Assembly: GCA_049284615.1 (NCBI GenBank)
Contig: JBAPYG010000076.1
Span: 1 to 27,408 of the forward strand
DNA from: Acidimicrobiia bacterium
GTDB lineage: Bacteria; Actinomycetota; Acidimicrobiia; Spongiisociales; ZC4RG35
Direction of reading: 5' to 3'
Length of the DNA stretch: 27,408 nucleotides
Of the stretch, positions 1-9,266 are shown in pieces. Each line of letters starts with the position of its first letter. Position 1 is the stretch's first letter. The notes beneath the pieces were generated by a model. That model was not told where the DNA came from. It was given only the letters and a program-made list of their open reading frames with translations, and made no database searches. Position numbers and translations under genes: made by a program.

Positions 1-2
1 TC

Positions 3-998
3 GTCGGCACGCTCCTCGCCGTCAGCGGGTCGACCACCGTGGGCACCGTGATCGCGTTCCTGTTCCTGGTTCAGCTCTTCGTGCAGCCAGTCCAGTTCAT
101 GGGAGAGGCGGTCAACGAGGCACAGACCGCGGTGGCGGGCTGGAGCCGGGTGTTGGACATCCTCGAGATTGCCCCCGACGTGGCCGATCCCGGACCAGAC
201 GGCGTTCAACTGCCTCACGAGCCCCTGGGGGTGCGTTTCACCGATGTCGAGTTCAGATACCCCCGCCCCGGCGAGACCGCCCTCCAGGCGGACGGCACCC
301 CTGCCCTGACCGATGTCGATGTCGAGATACCGGCGCGGCAACGTGTCGCCGTGGTCGGCGAGACCGGTTCCGGCAAGACCACATTCGCCAAGCTCCTGAC
401 GAGACTCATGGACCCGTCGTCGGGCAAGGTGGAGATCGGTGGGGTCGACCTGCGTCAGGTTCAATTCGACTCGCTGCGTGACCGTGTGGTGATGGTCCCC
501 CAGGAGGGCATTCTCTTCCGTGGCACCATCGCCGACAACGTGCGAATGGGTTCCCCGGGCGCCGACCGCTCCACGCTCCTAGCCACCTTCGACCGGCTCG
601 GGCTCGCCGATTGGCTCGGTGAGATGGCACAAGGCCTCGACACACCGGTCGGAGAGAGAGGCGGGTCCCTATCTGTGGGCGAGCGTCAGCTGGTCACCCT
701 GGTGCGCGCCGCCATCGCCGACCCCGACGTGCTCGTGCTCGACGAAGCGACCTCGGCCGTCGACCCGGCCACAGAGGTCCGAATCAACAATGCCCTCAAC
801 AAGCTGACCAGTGGCCGCACCGTGGTGACCATCGCCCACCGGCTCTCCACTGCCGAGAGTGCCGATCGCGTTCTCGTCTTCGACCAGGGCCGACTGGCAC
901 AGGATGGGACCCACGCCACCCTGGCCGGGGCGGAAGGCATCTATTCACGTCTCTACGAGTCCTGGCAGCGTGGCACCTCCAACGACACCAATGCCTGA
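3..998 (+). CDS. ABC transporter permease/ATP-binding protein (exporter type), 5'-truncated by the window edge
   Basis: Frame is open from base 3. End of TM domain, Walker A GETGSGKT, signature LSVGERQ, Walker B VLVLDEAT, H-loop IAHRL. Confidence 0.95.
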   Translation, partial: VGTLLAVSGSTTVGTVIAFLFLVQLFVQPVQFMGEAVNEAQTAVAGWSRVLDILEIAPDVADPGPDGVQLPHEPLGVRFTDVEFRYPRPGETALQADGTPALTDVDVEIPARQRVAVVGETGSGKTTFAKLLTRLMDPSSGKVEIGGVDLRQVQFDSLRDRVVMVPQEGILFRGTIADNVRMGSPGADRSTLLATFDRLGLADWLGEMAQGLDTPVGERGGSLSVGERQLVTLVRAAIADPDVLVLDEATSAVDPATEVRINNALNKLTSGRTVVTIAHRLSTAESADRVLVFDQGRLAQDGTHATLAGAEGIYSRLYESWQRGTSNDTNA

Positions 999-1022
999 CA
1001 GCCACCTGAGGTCACCGCTGTC

Positions 1023-1451
1023 GTGTCCCGGCTGAAGATTCCCCCGGGCGTCCTTCCTGCGGCGGTCGGAGGTCTCACCGGAGCCGTGGGCGGGGTGTTC
1101 GGGGCCGTCTTCGTCTTCGACCGCGTCGCCGTTGGCGACTTGTCGGACATCGGCACGGGGCTGCTGCTTCTCGTGGGCGGTCTCGTGCTCGGGAGCAGCG
1201 CGGGCACCTATCTGGCTCTGATCGTGGCCCGTCAGACGCGCCCGATCGCCACGGCCCTGGCAGTAGGCCCCCTGATGCTGGTCGCCGTCATCGCGAGCTT
1301 CATGCTGGTCGAGCGTCTCGACGAGATCACGAACTCGGCCGGGCTGTTCGGCATCCCCCTGCTCGTGGGTCTCGGCTTCTCGGCGATCTGGTTGGCTCGG
1401 GCCCTCACGGTGACCCGAGTCTCGGACGGCCGTTCAGGGCAAGACGACTGA
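1023..1451 (+). CDS. Hypothetical integral membrane protein (about 4 TM)
   Basis: Four Gly/Ala/Leu-rich hydrophobic segments; follows the ABC gene on the same strand. Confidence 0.75.
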   Translation: MSRLKIPPGVLPAAVGGLTGAVGGVFGAVFVFDRVAVGDLSDIGTGLLLLVGGLVLGSSAGTYLALIVARQTRPIATALAVGPLMLVAVIASFMLVERLDEITNSAGLFGIPLLVGLGFSAIWLARALTVTRVSDGRSGQDD

Positions 1452-2729
1452 GATCGCCTCGCCGCCCCATCCGTAGACCTGATCCCGCGCCTCGACCGTC
1501 ACGGTGTCGACGGTCGCCGGGATCTCGACTGTTCCCAGATTTCGAGTGAACGGCTGCTCGTTGGCATGGTCGTGGATCAGCTCTCGCACCCCATAGACCC
1601 GTCCGTCGTCGCCAACCACCCGAAAGGCATCGGCATAGCGGTCGGCGGAGTCATAGGGAGAGCTGATGGTGACCTCGAAGGCGACCCCGTCACCGCTCCG
1701 CGTCACCTCGACGTTGGTCACGTCCGGATATAGCGACAGGTCCAGGTCCGGCTCCACGCATTGATCTCTCCCCACCCCGGGTCGCGGGTTGAAAGTTCGG
1801 CCTTCGGCCAGGCCGGCGCCGGTCTGGTCACTCGTCAAGAACGACTCGATGGCATCGGCAACCGATGTGCCAGCAGCTTTCACATATCCAGGAGTCCGAA
1901 AGAGCTCGGCCTCGGCTTGGTTGACGATGTAGCCGAGCTCTACGAGGGCACTGGGGACGTTGGGTAGCCGCACCATGCCGTAGGCGTCGTTGCCCTCGGA
2001 GTTGAGCACCGTCATGACCCCGGCATCCAGCGCGCGGTCCCAGTCGACGTCGAACCCACCGAGGGCCTCCATCGCCTCGTCGTAGAGGAGCCCACCCAGA
2101 CGCTGCGACTCGTCGGAGCCCCGCTGAACGAAGATCTCGACACCCGGGATCTCGGAGGACGGTGCGAGCGGGGCGTTGTGATGGATGGAGACCACGACCT
2201 CGGCACCCATCAGGTGGGCGTACTCCACGCGGGTTCGTATCGGGATGGGGTAGTCGCCGGTGCGGGTGAGCGCGACGCTGATTCCCCGCTCCACCAGCGC
2301 CTCCCGCGCGGCGAGACCCACCCGCAGATTCATCTCCTTCTCTTCGAGACCGTCTGGGGCCACGGCCCCGGTGTCGACGGGACCACCATGACCTGGGTCG
2401 ATCACCACGTCGACTTCGTAGATCGGCTCGCCGGAGCCCATCCGCATCGTGTTGCCACAGGGCGTCAGCAGCTCCACTTCCCCGTCGGCGGCCGTGACCA
2501 CTGCCAGTGTCACCCCGCTCGGGGCGAGCCAGCCGACCGGCGGCCCCGGCGGCAGTGTGGTCGTCGTGGCCGGAATCGTCGACGGGGTCGCCTGCATGGT
2601 CGTCGCGGTGGGTGTCGCGGTGCTCGATGAGGACGATGCAGCTTCGCTCGTGATGGTCGGGCTCGTGCTCACACCGGCACAGGCCGCAGTGACGAGGACG
2701 ATGATGAGTGGGCCGATCAGACGACGCAT
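1434..2729 (-). CDS. N-acetylmuramoyl-L-alanine amidase (Amidase_3) lipoprotein with an extra C-terminal domain
   Basis: Start re-set to MRRLIGPLIIVLVTAAC (signal peptide plus lipobox Cys), then a Thr/Ser linker. Catalytic motifs DPGHGG, EK, SIHHN and LVELGY are intact. Confidence 0.92.
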   Translation of the reverse strand: MRRLIGPLIIVLVTAACAGVSTSPTITSEAASSSSSTATPTATTMQATPSTIPATTTTLPPGPPVGWLAPSGVTLAVVTAADGEVELLTPCGNTMRMGSGEPIYEVDVVIDPGHGGPVDTGAVAPDGLEEKEMNLRVGLAAREALVERGISVALTRTGDYPIPIRTRVEYAHLMGAEVVVSIHHNAPLAPSSEIPGVEIFVQRGSDESQRLGGLLYDEAMEALGGFDVDWDRALDAGVMTVLNSEGNDAYGMVRLPNVPSALVELGYIVNQAEAELFRTPGYVKAAGTSVADAIESFLTSDQTGAGLAEGRTFNPRPGVGRDQCVEPDLDLSLYPDVTNVEVTRSGDGVAFEVTISSPYDSADRYADAFRVVGDDGRVYGVRELIHDHANEQPFTRNLGTVEIPATVDTVTVEARDQVYGWGGEAISVVLP

Positions 2730-2781
2730 CGACCCCGAACTCTGGCATCTGCCCGCGTCTAACCGGCGTAAACTGGCGTCT

Positions 2782-2952
2782 GTGTTTGGACCACTCAATG
2801 GCGTGCGGACGGCGCTGGTGATCGCAGCGCTACTGGCTGCACTGGTCTGTCTCGTGGTGGGGTATCCGTTCGCCGCCGCCGTCCTGGCCATAGGTGTCGC
2901 CATCCATGGCTTGGGCTGGCTCTACCTCTACACGACCCGCGACAGACCCTGA
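2782..2952 (+). CDS. Small 56-aa two-TM membrane protein (probably leaderless)
   Basis: GTG at 2782 gives MFGPLNGVRTALVIAALLAALVCLVVGYPFAAAVLAIGVAIHGLGWLYLYTTRDRP. TAAACT at 2769-2774 lies 7 nt upstream, and the ORF fills the gap between two minus-strand genes. Confidence 0.7.
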   Translation: MFGPLNGVRTALVIAALLAALVCLVVGYPFAAAVLAIGVAIHGLGWLYLYTTRDRP

Positions 2953-2986
2953 GCCCCCCGACGAGCCTCCACAGACGCCGGCCACT

Positions 2987-4675
2987 TCAGACCACCAGCG
3001 TTGCGGCGAGGCCCTCACCCAACTCCTCTGCCTGCCTGATGAGCTCGTCATGCCGGGCATCGGGCCGATCCCCGGGCTCGTCCGACAGGTCGACGTAGAC
3101 CTTGAGCTTGGGCTCTGTGCCGCTGGGTCTGACGAGAATGCGACCCAGCTCACCCAGCACCAGCTCGACCAGGGCCTGGTTGCCCAGCCAGGGCGGTCGT
3201 TTCTCTGCACCGGTCCGGTAGTCGACCACTCCGCTCACATCGATGCCACCCACCGAGTCGGGTGGGGCGTCGGCCAGACGCTGCACCGCCGCCACCAGTG
3301 CCTCGTTGCCCTCAGAACCGGTTACCGAAGTCTGAGAGCTCACCCAGAGGCCATAAGAGCGCCAGAGACGATGAAGCTGATCCATCACCGTCTCATCGAC
3401 GTCGTCGAGGTCGGCGACGAGGTCGGTGAACACAAGTGCAGCCGAGATTCCGTCCTTGTCTCGCACGGTGCCCCCAACCGTGTAACCGAGAGCCTCCTCG
3501 TAGCCGAAGATGAACCTGCCCGCGCCCCGCTCCTCCAGGGTCAGGCCCGCCTTGACGATCCACTTGAAGCCGGTCAGGGTCGAGGCGTGGCGAGCCCCGA
3601 AGTCACGGGCGACCCGTTGCAGCATCGGGCTGGAGACGATCGAGCTGGCGACGATGGCTTTGCCAGGCTCCGGGTCGTGGCGAAGCAAGTACTCACCGAG
3701 TAAGACCCCGATCTCATTGCCGGTCAACGGTCTCCAGGCCCCGGCGACGGGTATCACGGCGGCCAGCCGATCCGCGTCAGGGTCATTGGCTATCACCAGG
3801 TCGGCTCCGGCATCGTCCGCCATCTCGAGGGCCAGGTCGAGCGCACCGGGCTCTTCGGGGTTGGGGAAGCTCACCGTGGGGAAAGTCCCGTCGGGCTCTG
3901 CCTGTGCCGGCACCGGCCGCACGTCGTGATGGCCGGCCCGGCTCATCACATCGATCAGGGTCGCCTTCCCCACTCCATGGATCGGGGTGTAGACGATGGT
4001 GAGGTCCGAGCCGGACTTTCGGGAGCGGCATGCGGACACCTGTTCCCAGTATCGGTCGAGCACGTCGGAGGGCACAGGAGAGGCCCCCTCGGATGCTGCG
4101 TCGAAGATGTCGGCCACTCGATGGACCTCGTCGGCCGGCGGGGCCGCCTCGATGCCCCGCTGGATCGTGGCATCGACCGGAGAGACGATCTGTGACCATT
4201 CCGCGCCGTACACCTTGTAGCCGTTGTCCGCCGGCGGATTGTGCGAAGCCGTGATGACGACCGCGGCCACGGCGTCGAGGTCCTTGGCGGCGAATGCGAC
4301 CAACGGCGTCGGAATGGGCTCGGGGAAGAACCTCACCCGAATGCCGGCGGCGACGAGGACGCCACATGTGTCTTCGGCGAACTGTCGGCTGCTGGGACGG
4401 GCGTCGAAGCCCACGACGACGGGCTTGTCGGTCTGGCCGATGAAGCGCGCCAGACCGTACGTGGTCCGGATGACCACCGCCCGGTTCATCCTCCCGGGCC
4501 CGGCGCCGACGACTCCCCGGATCCCGGCCGTGCCGAAAGTCAACACGGTGTCCATGCGCTCGGCCAATTCCGCCTCGTCACCGCGCCAAATGACCGCCTC
4601 GAGCTCTGCTCTCGTGTCCGGGTCCGGGTCGGACTCGATCCACGATCGCGCTCGCTCCGTCAAACCACTCATCAC
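2987..4675 (-). CDS. Phosphoglucomutase/phosphomannomutase family protein
   Basis: FGTAGIRG, catalytic TASHNP, metal-binding DPDADR, GYEEALG, RPSGTEPK. Confidence 0.96.
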   Translation of the reverse strand: MMSGLTERARSWIESDPDPDTRAELEAVIWRGDEAELAERMDTVLTFGTAGIRGVVGAGPGRMNRAVVIRTTYGLARFIGQTDKPVVVGFDARPSSRQFAEDTCGVLVAAGIRVRFFPEPIPTPLVAFAAKDLDAVAAVVITASHNPPADNGYKVYGAEWSQIVSPVDATIQRGIEAAPPADEVHRVADIFDAASEGASPVPSDVLDRYWEQVSACRSRKSGSDLTIVYTPIHGVGKATLIDVMSRAGHHDVRPVPAQAEPDGTFPTVSFPNPEEPGALDLALEMADDAGADLVIANDPDADRLAAVIPVAGAWRPLTGNEIGVLLGEYLLRHDPEPGKAIVASSIVSSPMLQRVARDFGARHASTLTGFKWIVKAGLTLEERGAGRFIFGYEEALGYTVGGTVRDKDGISAALVFTDLVADLDDVDETVMDQLHRLWRSYGLWVSSQTSVTGSEGNEALVAAVQRLADAPPDSVGGIDVSGVVDYRTGAEKRPPWLGNQALVELVLGELGRILVRPSGTEPKLKVYVDLSDEPGDRPDARHDELIRQAEELGEGLAATLVV

Positions 4676-4694
4676 CCAACGAGGTTAACGACGG

Positions 4695-5693
4695 TCAGCG
4701 GGCGTTCTGCTGCCAGGCCCAGGAGTCGGCACACATCGCGGCGAGATCGCGCGTTGTCGACCATCCCAATTCCTCCGCCGCCTTGGAGACCTCGGCCCAG
4801 CTGGCGGCGACGTCTCCCGGCCGCCGATCGACGATCTCGAACGGCACTGGCCGCCCCGATTCCTCCTCGTAGGTCTTCACCACCTCGAGCACACTGTGCC
4901 CCTGGCCGGTTCCGAGGTTGTACACGTGAACCCCGGGGTCATCGGCGCATTTGTCCAGGGCAGCCAGGTGGCCCTCGGCCAGATCTACGACGTGGATGTA
5001 GTCCCGGATGCCGGTTCCATCCGGCGTGGGGTAATCGCCCCCGAAGACACGCACCCTGGGCAGGAGGCCGGCGGCAACTCGAGCCACATACGGCATGAGG
5101 TTGTTTGGGGTGCCGCGGGGGTCTTCCCCGATGAGACCCGACGGGTGACCCCCCACCGGGTTGAAATAGCGCAGGATGGAGACACTCCAATCCGGGTTGG
5201 CCGCCTGCACGTCGTTGAGGACCTGCTCCATCATGATCTTCGACCAGCCGTAGGGGTTGGTGGCCGTGCCGATGGGCATGTCCTCGCGAAGTGGGAGCGT
5301 CACCGGATCGCCATAGACGGTGGCCGACGAGCTGAAGACGAAGTTGGGCACTCCGGCATCTACCAACACGTCGAGCAATGCGACGGTCCCACCGACGTTG
5401 TTGGCGTAGTAGTCGATTGGCTTCTCCACCGACTCGCCCACGGCTTTCAGCGCGGCGAAGTGAATGCACGCCTCGAAACCCTCGTTGGCGATGCGCGCCA
5501 GCGACTCTTGATCTCTGATGTCGGTCTCGTGAAACTCCGGGGCCGTGCCGGTGAGCTCGCCGATCCGTCGTATCGCCGATCGGTCCGAGTTGCTCAGGTT
5601 GTCGACCACCACCGGCTCGTGACCGGCGGCCATGAGGGCGACCACGGTGTGGCTCCCGATGAAGCCGGCTCCACCGGTGACTAGTACGCGCAT
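4695..5693 (-). CDS. galE: UDP-glucose 4-epimerase
   Basis: GGAGFIG, FAALKAVGES, SSSATVYG, YGWSK (YxxxK), LRYFNP, RDYIHV. Confidence 0.97.
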   Translation of the reverse strand: MRVLVTGGAGFIGSHTVVALMAAGHEPVVVDNLSNSDRSAIRRIGELTGTAPEFHETDIRDQESLARIANEGFEACIHFAALKAVGESVEKPIDYYANNVGGTVALLDVLVDAGVPNFVFSSSATVYGDPVTLPLREDMPIGTATNPYGWSKIMMEQVLNDVQAANPDWSVSILRYFNPVGGHPSGLIGEDPRGTPNNLMPYVARVAAGLLPRVRVFGGDYPTPDGTGIRDYIHVVDLAEGHLAALDKCADDPGVHVYNLGTGQGHSVLEVVKTYEEESGRPVPFEIVDRRPGDVAASWAEVSKAAEELGWSTTRDLAAMCADSWAWQQNAR

Positions 5694-5703
5694 CTGGTCG
5701 AGG

Positions 5704-6723
5704 TTAGGGCCCGGCCGGCAGGGTCACGATGAACGTGGAGAAGCCGTCTTCATGTCGGTACACGAGGTAGCCGTTCATCAAGCCTGCCAGTTTTCGGGCG
5801 ACCGAGAGCCCCAGACCGACCGACTTGGCATCCAACAGACCGCTCCCCCGCTCGTAGGACTCGAAGATGCGCTGCGCCTCGGCGGCATCGAGGGCAGGCC
5901 CGTCGTCACAGACACGGATTTCGACCGATGCGTCAGCACGGCGGGTGTCCACCGCGATCCTGCTCCCGCCGTAGCGAATTGCATTGCTGACCAGGTTGCG
6001 CAGGATCTGCCTGGTGCGACGAGGATCGGCCATCACCATGCGAGCTCCCTCCCCCACGCTGAGCGCGATGTCCTCTTCCACGCCCTCGAGCACCCTCTCG
6101 ATCTCCTCCACGACGTCGAACGGCTCGTTTCGAACACTGACCCTGGTCATGTCCTCCCGATATGCGACCAGGAGGTCTTCGATTATCCAGGACGCATCGT
6201 CGGCCTGTCGCGCCATGACCTCGGCCATGTCACGACGGTCCTCGTCGGAGAAGCCTTCGTAGTCGGTGGCCAGCTCCTGGGCCAGGCCGAGGAGCACAGA
6301 GATGGGGTTGCGCAGCTCGTGGGAGACGGTGGCCACGAACTCATCTCGGGCCTTCTTCGCCTTCACCTTCTCGGTGACGTCGATCAATGCGCCCTCGCAG
6401 TAGATGAGACTGCCTTCGGCGTCGAAGACGGCCCGTGCCGTGTCTTGGACCCACACCGTGTCGCCATCTCGCCGTCGGAGCTCGACGTCGAAGTCGTGAA
6501 CCTCTCCCACCTCCGAGATTCGGTTCAGCCAGAGCTCGCGCTTGCTCCCGTCGACGTACACCGACTCGACGGTGGAGACACTGCCCTCCATCTCCTCGAG
6601 GTTCGAATATCCCAACAACGTGGCCAGGGCCAGGTTCCCGGCGAGGAGCTCACCATCGGGCGCGGAGCGATACAGCGCCACGGGAAGGCGCGCGAAAAGC
6701 TCTTCGATACTGCCAATCAGCAT
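5704..6723 (-). CDS. PAS-domain sensor histidine kinase (soluble, orphan)
   Basis: PAS/PAC region, H-box SHELRNP, N-box NLVSNAIRY, G2 GLGLS. Start placed at ATG 6723 because GGAGG lies 6 nt upstream; the track start at 6834 is the alternative. Confidence 0.92.
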   Translation of the reverse strand: MLIGSIEELFARLPVALYRSAPDGELLAGNLALATLLGYSNLEEMEGSVSTVESVYVDGSKRELWLNRISEVGEVHDFDVELRRRDGDTVWVQDTARAVFDAEGSLIYCEGALIDVTEKVKAKKARDEFVATVSHELRNPISVLLGLAQELATDYEGFSDEDRRDMAEVMARQADDASWIIEDLLVAYREDMTRVSVRNEPFDVVEEIERVLEGVEEDIALSVGEGARMVMADPRRTRQILRNLVSNAIRYGGSRIAVDTRRADASVEIRVCDDGPALDAAEAQRIFESYERGSGLLDAKSVGLGLSVARKLAGLMNGYLVYRHEDGFSTFIVTLPAGP

Positions 6724-6819
6724 CGTCACCCTCCCTTTATCGGCACCGTTGCCCGAATTCTCCATAGCCAGTTCCGACCGATCGACCGCTCTACGGGGAA
6801 GATACCGGGGTTCGGGTGA

Positions 6820-6835
6820 TGTGGGGGACGTCACA
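6820..6835. promoter_or_regulatory. Putative CRP/GlxR-family binding site upstream of the histidine kinase
   Basis: TGTGG-gggacg-TCACA, a 9/10 match to TGTGA-N6-TCACA. A TATCTT -10-like hexamer lies at 6799-6804 on the minus strand. Confidence 0.45.
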
Positions 6836-6855
6836 CCGGTGGGAAAGGTCTCGGC

Positions 6856-7560
6856 TCAGGCGCCGAACGGAAGCTCGAGCTGAGGAAGGGGCCGCTCGTA
6901 GCGCTCGACGCCATTCCACACCAGGTGATCCATGAACACCCACGACCTGCGATGGATGGCACTAGGCCCCAGGGCCTGGAGGTTCGCCTTGTGGGTGGGA
7001 CAGGGATAGCCCTTGTTGGCTTCGAAGTTGTAGCCGGGATATTGGGGTGCCGTTTCTCGCATCATGCGGTCGCGGGTCACCTTCGCCAGTATCGAGGCAG
7101 CCGCTATCGACAACGAGGTTCGGTCGCCACGCACGATCGTCTTGGCGCCGCCCACGAAATCCCAGTTGCCGTCGACGAGGACGTGATCGATTCGAACATC
7201 CAGACCGTCTAGAGCCCGACGGGCGGCGAGGCGCTGCGCATCGGACATGCCCAGATCGTCACACTCCTCGTGGGTGGCGTGACCCACCGACCAGGCCACA
7301 CACCAGTCGGCTATCCGTTCGAACATCGCCTCACGCTCGTCCTCCGTCAGCATCTTGGAGTCACGGATCTTGTAGAGACGTCGGTCGCGCGGCACCACGG
7401 CGGCTCCGACACTCAACGGGCCCGCCCATGCTCCCCGGCCCACCTCATCGACGCCGACCACGATCGTCATGTCGGAGGTCCACAGATCGCGCTCGACTGT
7501 CAGACCCGGTGACTGCCGCTTCAGACTGGGACGGAGACGCCGGACTGTGCTGACCGCCAT
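6856..7560 (-). CDS. rnhB: Ribonuclease HII
   Basis: GVDEVGRG, DSK, VDG, GD..S.SIAAASILAKV.RD, NKGY, HRRSW. Start is ATG 7560 or GTG 7566. Confidence 0.96.
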   Translation of the reverse strand: MAVSTVRRLRPSLKRQSPGLTVERDLWTSDMTIVVGVDEVGRGAWAGPLSVGAAVVPRDRRLYKIRDSKMLTEDEREAMFERIADWCVAWSVGHATHEECDDLGMSDAQRLAARRALDGLDVRIDHVLVDGNWDFVGGAKTIVRGDRTSLSIAAASILAKVTRDRMMRETAPQYPGYNFEANKGYPCPTHKANLQALGPSAIHRRSWVFMDHLVWNGVERYERPLPQLELPFGA

Positions 7561-7598
7561 GGGCACCCAGGGTAGGCACGGTCCGGCGTGACACGCTG

Positions 7599-8726
7599 TC
7601 AGGGCGTGTCAGTGCTGAGGCCCACCGCCCAAATGCCGTTTGCAGGCACGGGGATGATGATCACGTCCGTCTTCGATCCGTCCTTGGCCGAATAGGTGAA
7701 CAGCTCGACTTGGGACTGGCCGGGCGTCACCACACTCTCGGGAATAGTCACGCTGAACTCCCCCCAACAACCGCTGCCACATGAAGCCTGTATCGGGATC
7801 TCTTCTACGACATCGCCGCCACCGTCGATCACTTGAACCGTCAAGCTCGCCTCGAACGTGTTCGCCATGCCCTCGACCACATAGCCGTCACCGCCCTCGA
7901 TGATCGGCCGAGTCAGGAAGATCAGCGCCGACTCGTCGAGGTAGTCGTCCCTGCCCACCGGATCGGTCAGCACGATGCCCTCCGTCCCGAAAGCCTCCAC
8001 GGGCCGGCCTCCGACCGTGAACAGCACAGAGTCGCTCACACTGTCCTGGGTGATCGTGTATACGAGCTGGCGAAGCATCGTGATGTCGGCGAGCAGGCCA
8101 CCCGCCCCATCGAGGAATGCTTCGTTCATGTCGGCCAGCCACACGTCTTCGCCGCCGCTCGCCGTCATCGTGAGACCCATGATCTGGGTCTCCGGGGGGA
8201 TCGCGTTGAAGAAGGGCTCCGGAACAGCATCTCCGACACTGGCGAGCACTTGGGTGAAGGTGGCGTCGGGCTCGAGCATGTCGGGCGGGTATGTCACCTC
8301 GACCCAGATGGGCACGAGGGCGGGATTCCCCAGGAAGCTGTTCTCCGGCGTCTGTGCCAGGTAGACGGGTCGAGACCAGGTCGACAGCACCGCAGCGGTC
8401 GACGATGTCGCCTCCGGAGCAGCACTGGTCGTTGTGAACGGTTCGACTGTCGTTGTCGGCTGGCCGGTTGTCGTCGTCGGGGCTGACAGCGTGGTCGTCG
8501 TGGAGCTACCGGCCCCGACCGGGACATCGTCGTTGGTCAACAGGAGCACCGGAACCATCACCGCCGCGACCAGTGCCGCTCCGGCGACGAACATCAGAAC
8601 CGGGTTGGGTCGGGATCTCGGTCTCTCATGGGCGGCCATGGGCATCTCCTCGGGAAATGGTGGTGACTCCGGCGCCATCGACACCAGACGGCCCAGCAAG
8701 TCCTTGATCTTCTTCTCGTAACTCAT
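7599..8726 (-). CDS. Single-TM protein with extracellular GerMN and Gmad2-like Ig domains (candidate anti-sigma/partner of the ECF sigma)
   Basis: Short cytoplasmic N-terminus, TM, Thr-rich linker, GerMN-like QLVYTITQ...VLFTVGG, Gmad2-like GMANTFEA...GSGCWGEF. ATGA overlap with the sigma gene. Confidence 0.85.
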   Translation of the reverse strand: MSYEKKIKDLLGRLVSMAPESPPFPEEMPMAAHERPRSRPNPVLMFVAGAALVAAVMVPVLLLTNDDVPVGAGSSTTTTLSAPTTTTGQPTTTVEPFTTTSAAPEATSSTAAVLSTWSRPVYLAQTPENSFLGNPALVPIWVEVTYPPDMLEPDATFTQVLASVGDAVPEPFFNAIPPETQIMGLTMTASGGEDVWLADMNEAFLDGAGGLLADITMLRQLVYTITQDSVSDSVLFTVGGRPVEAFGTEGIVLTDPVGRDDYLDESALIFLTRPIIEGGDGYVVEGMANTFEASLTVQVIDGGGDVVEEIPIQASCGSGCWGEFSVTIPESVVTPGQSQVELFTYSAKDGSKTDVIIIPVPANGIWAVGLSTDTP

Positions 8727-9199
8727 GACAACAACTCCCCCAGACGTTTGCGGGCACGAGCCAGGTGCCTCTTCACCGTCCCCGGCGAGACCCCCATGCG
8801 CTGCCCGACGACATCAACCGGGAGGTCCTCCCAGTAGGTGAGGTAGACGGCCGCCCGCTGTTGGACCGAGAGACGTTCGACGGCGTCGAGAACTTCGAAG
8901 TCGAGATCATCGAGACGATCGCGAGCCTCGTCTCGTTGTGCCGCCTTCATCTCGCGGAGACGACGTGACAGTGTCCGGCGATGGTGATCGGTGGCCACCG
9001 TCAGGACCGTGCGATACAGATACGCCCGGCGATCGGCGACCTCGGGCCATGTTCGGGAACCGAAAGCCTTGAGACATGCGTCGGTCACCACATCCGGCGC
9101 GTCGAACGGGCCGACGAGACCGGTGGCATACCGGGTCAGCTCTGTGCTGTAGCTCCTGTAGACCTGTTCGTCGTCCATCACGCCTGTGGCGGTGATCAT
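8723..9199 (-). CDS. ECF (sigma-70 group 4) sigma factor
   Basis: Region 2 (ELTRYA...DVVTDA...AYLYR) and region 4 (LSVQQRAAVYL...GTVKRHLARAR). Confidence 0.93.
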   Translation of the reverse strand: MITATGVMDDEQVYRSYSTELTRYATGLVGPFDAPDVVTDACLKAFGSRTWPEVADRRAYLYRTVLTVATDHHRRTLSRRLREMKAAQRDEARDRLDDLDFEVLDAVERLSVQQRAAVYLTYWEDLPVDVVGQRMGVSPGTVKRHLARARKRLGELLS

Positions 9200-9205
9200 G
9201 CACCT

Positions 9206-9236
9206 GAGACGGAGCCGGGCACGGTTTTGGGTGACA
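9206..9236 (-). promoter_or_regulatory. Putative ECF-type autoregulatory, leaderless promoter
   Basis: Minus strand TGTCACCC-17 nt-CGTCTC, then 6 nt to the ATG at 9199. Resembles TGTCAC/CGTC ECF promoters. Confidence 0.55.
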
Positions 9237-9266
9237 CCCGAATTCTCCGCCGAGTGCGCGGCCCAG

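Noticed and set aside
5632..6819. 395-aa plus-strand ORF
   Set aside because: Antisense shadow of the histidine kinase, typical of high-GC codon bias; no motifs.
8380..8510. Low-complexity gtcgtc/gtggtc repeats (also at 2550-2690)
   Set aside because: They encode Thr/Ser-rich linkers of secreted proteins, not a CRISPR array or DNA repeat element.
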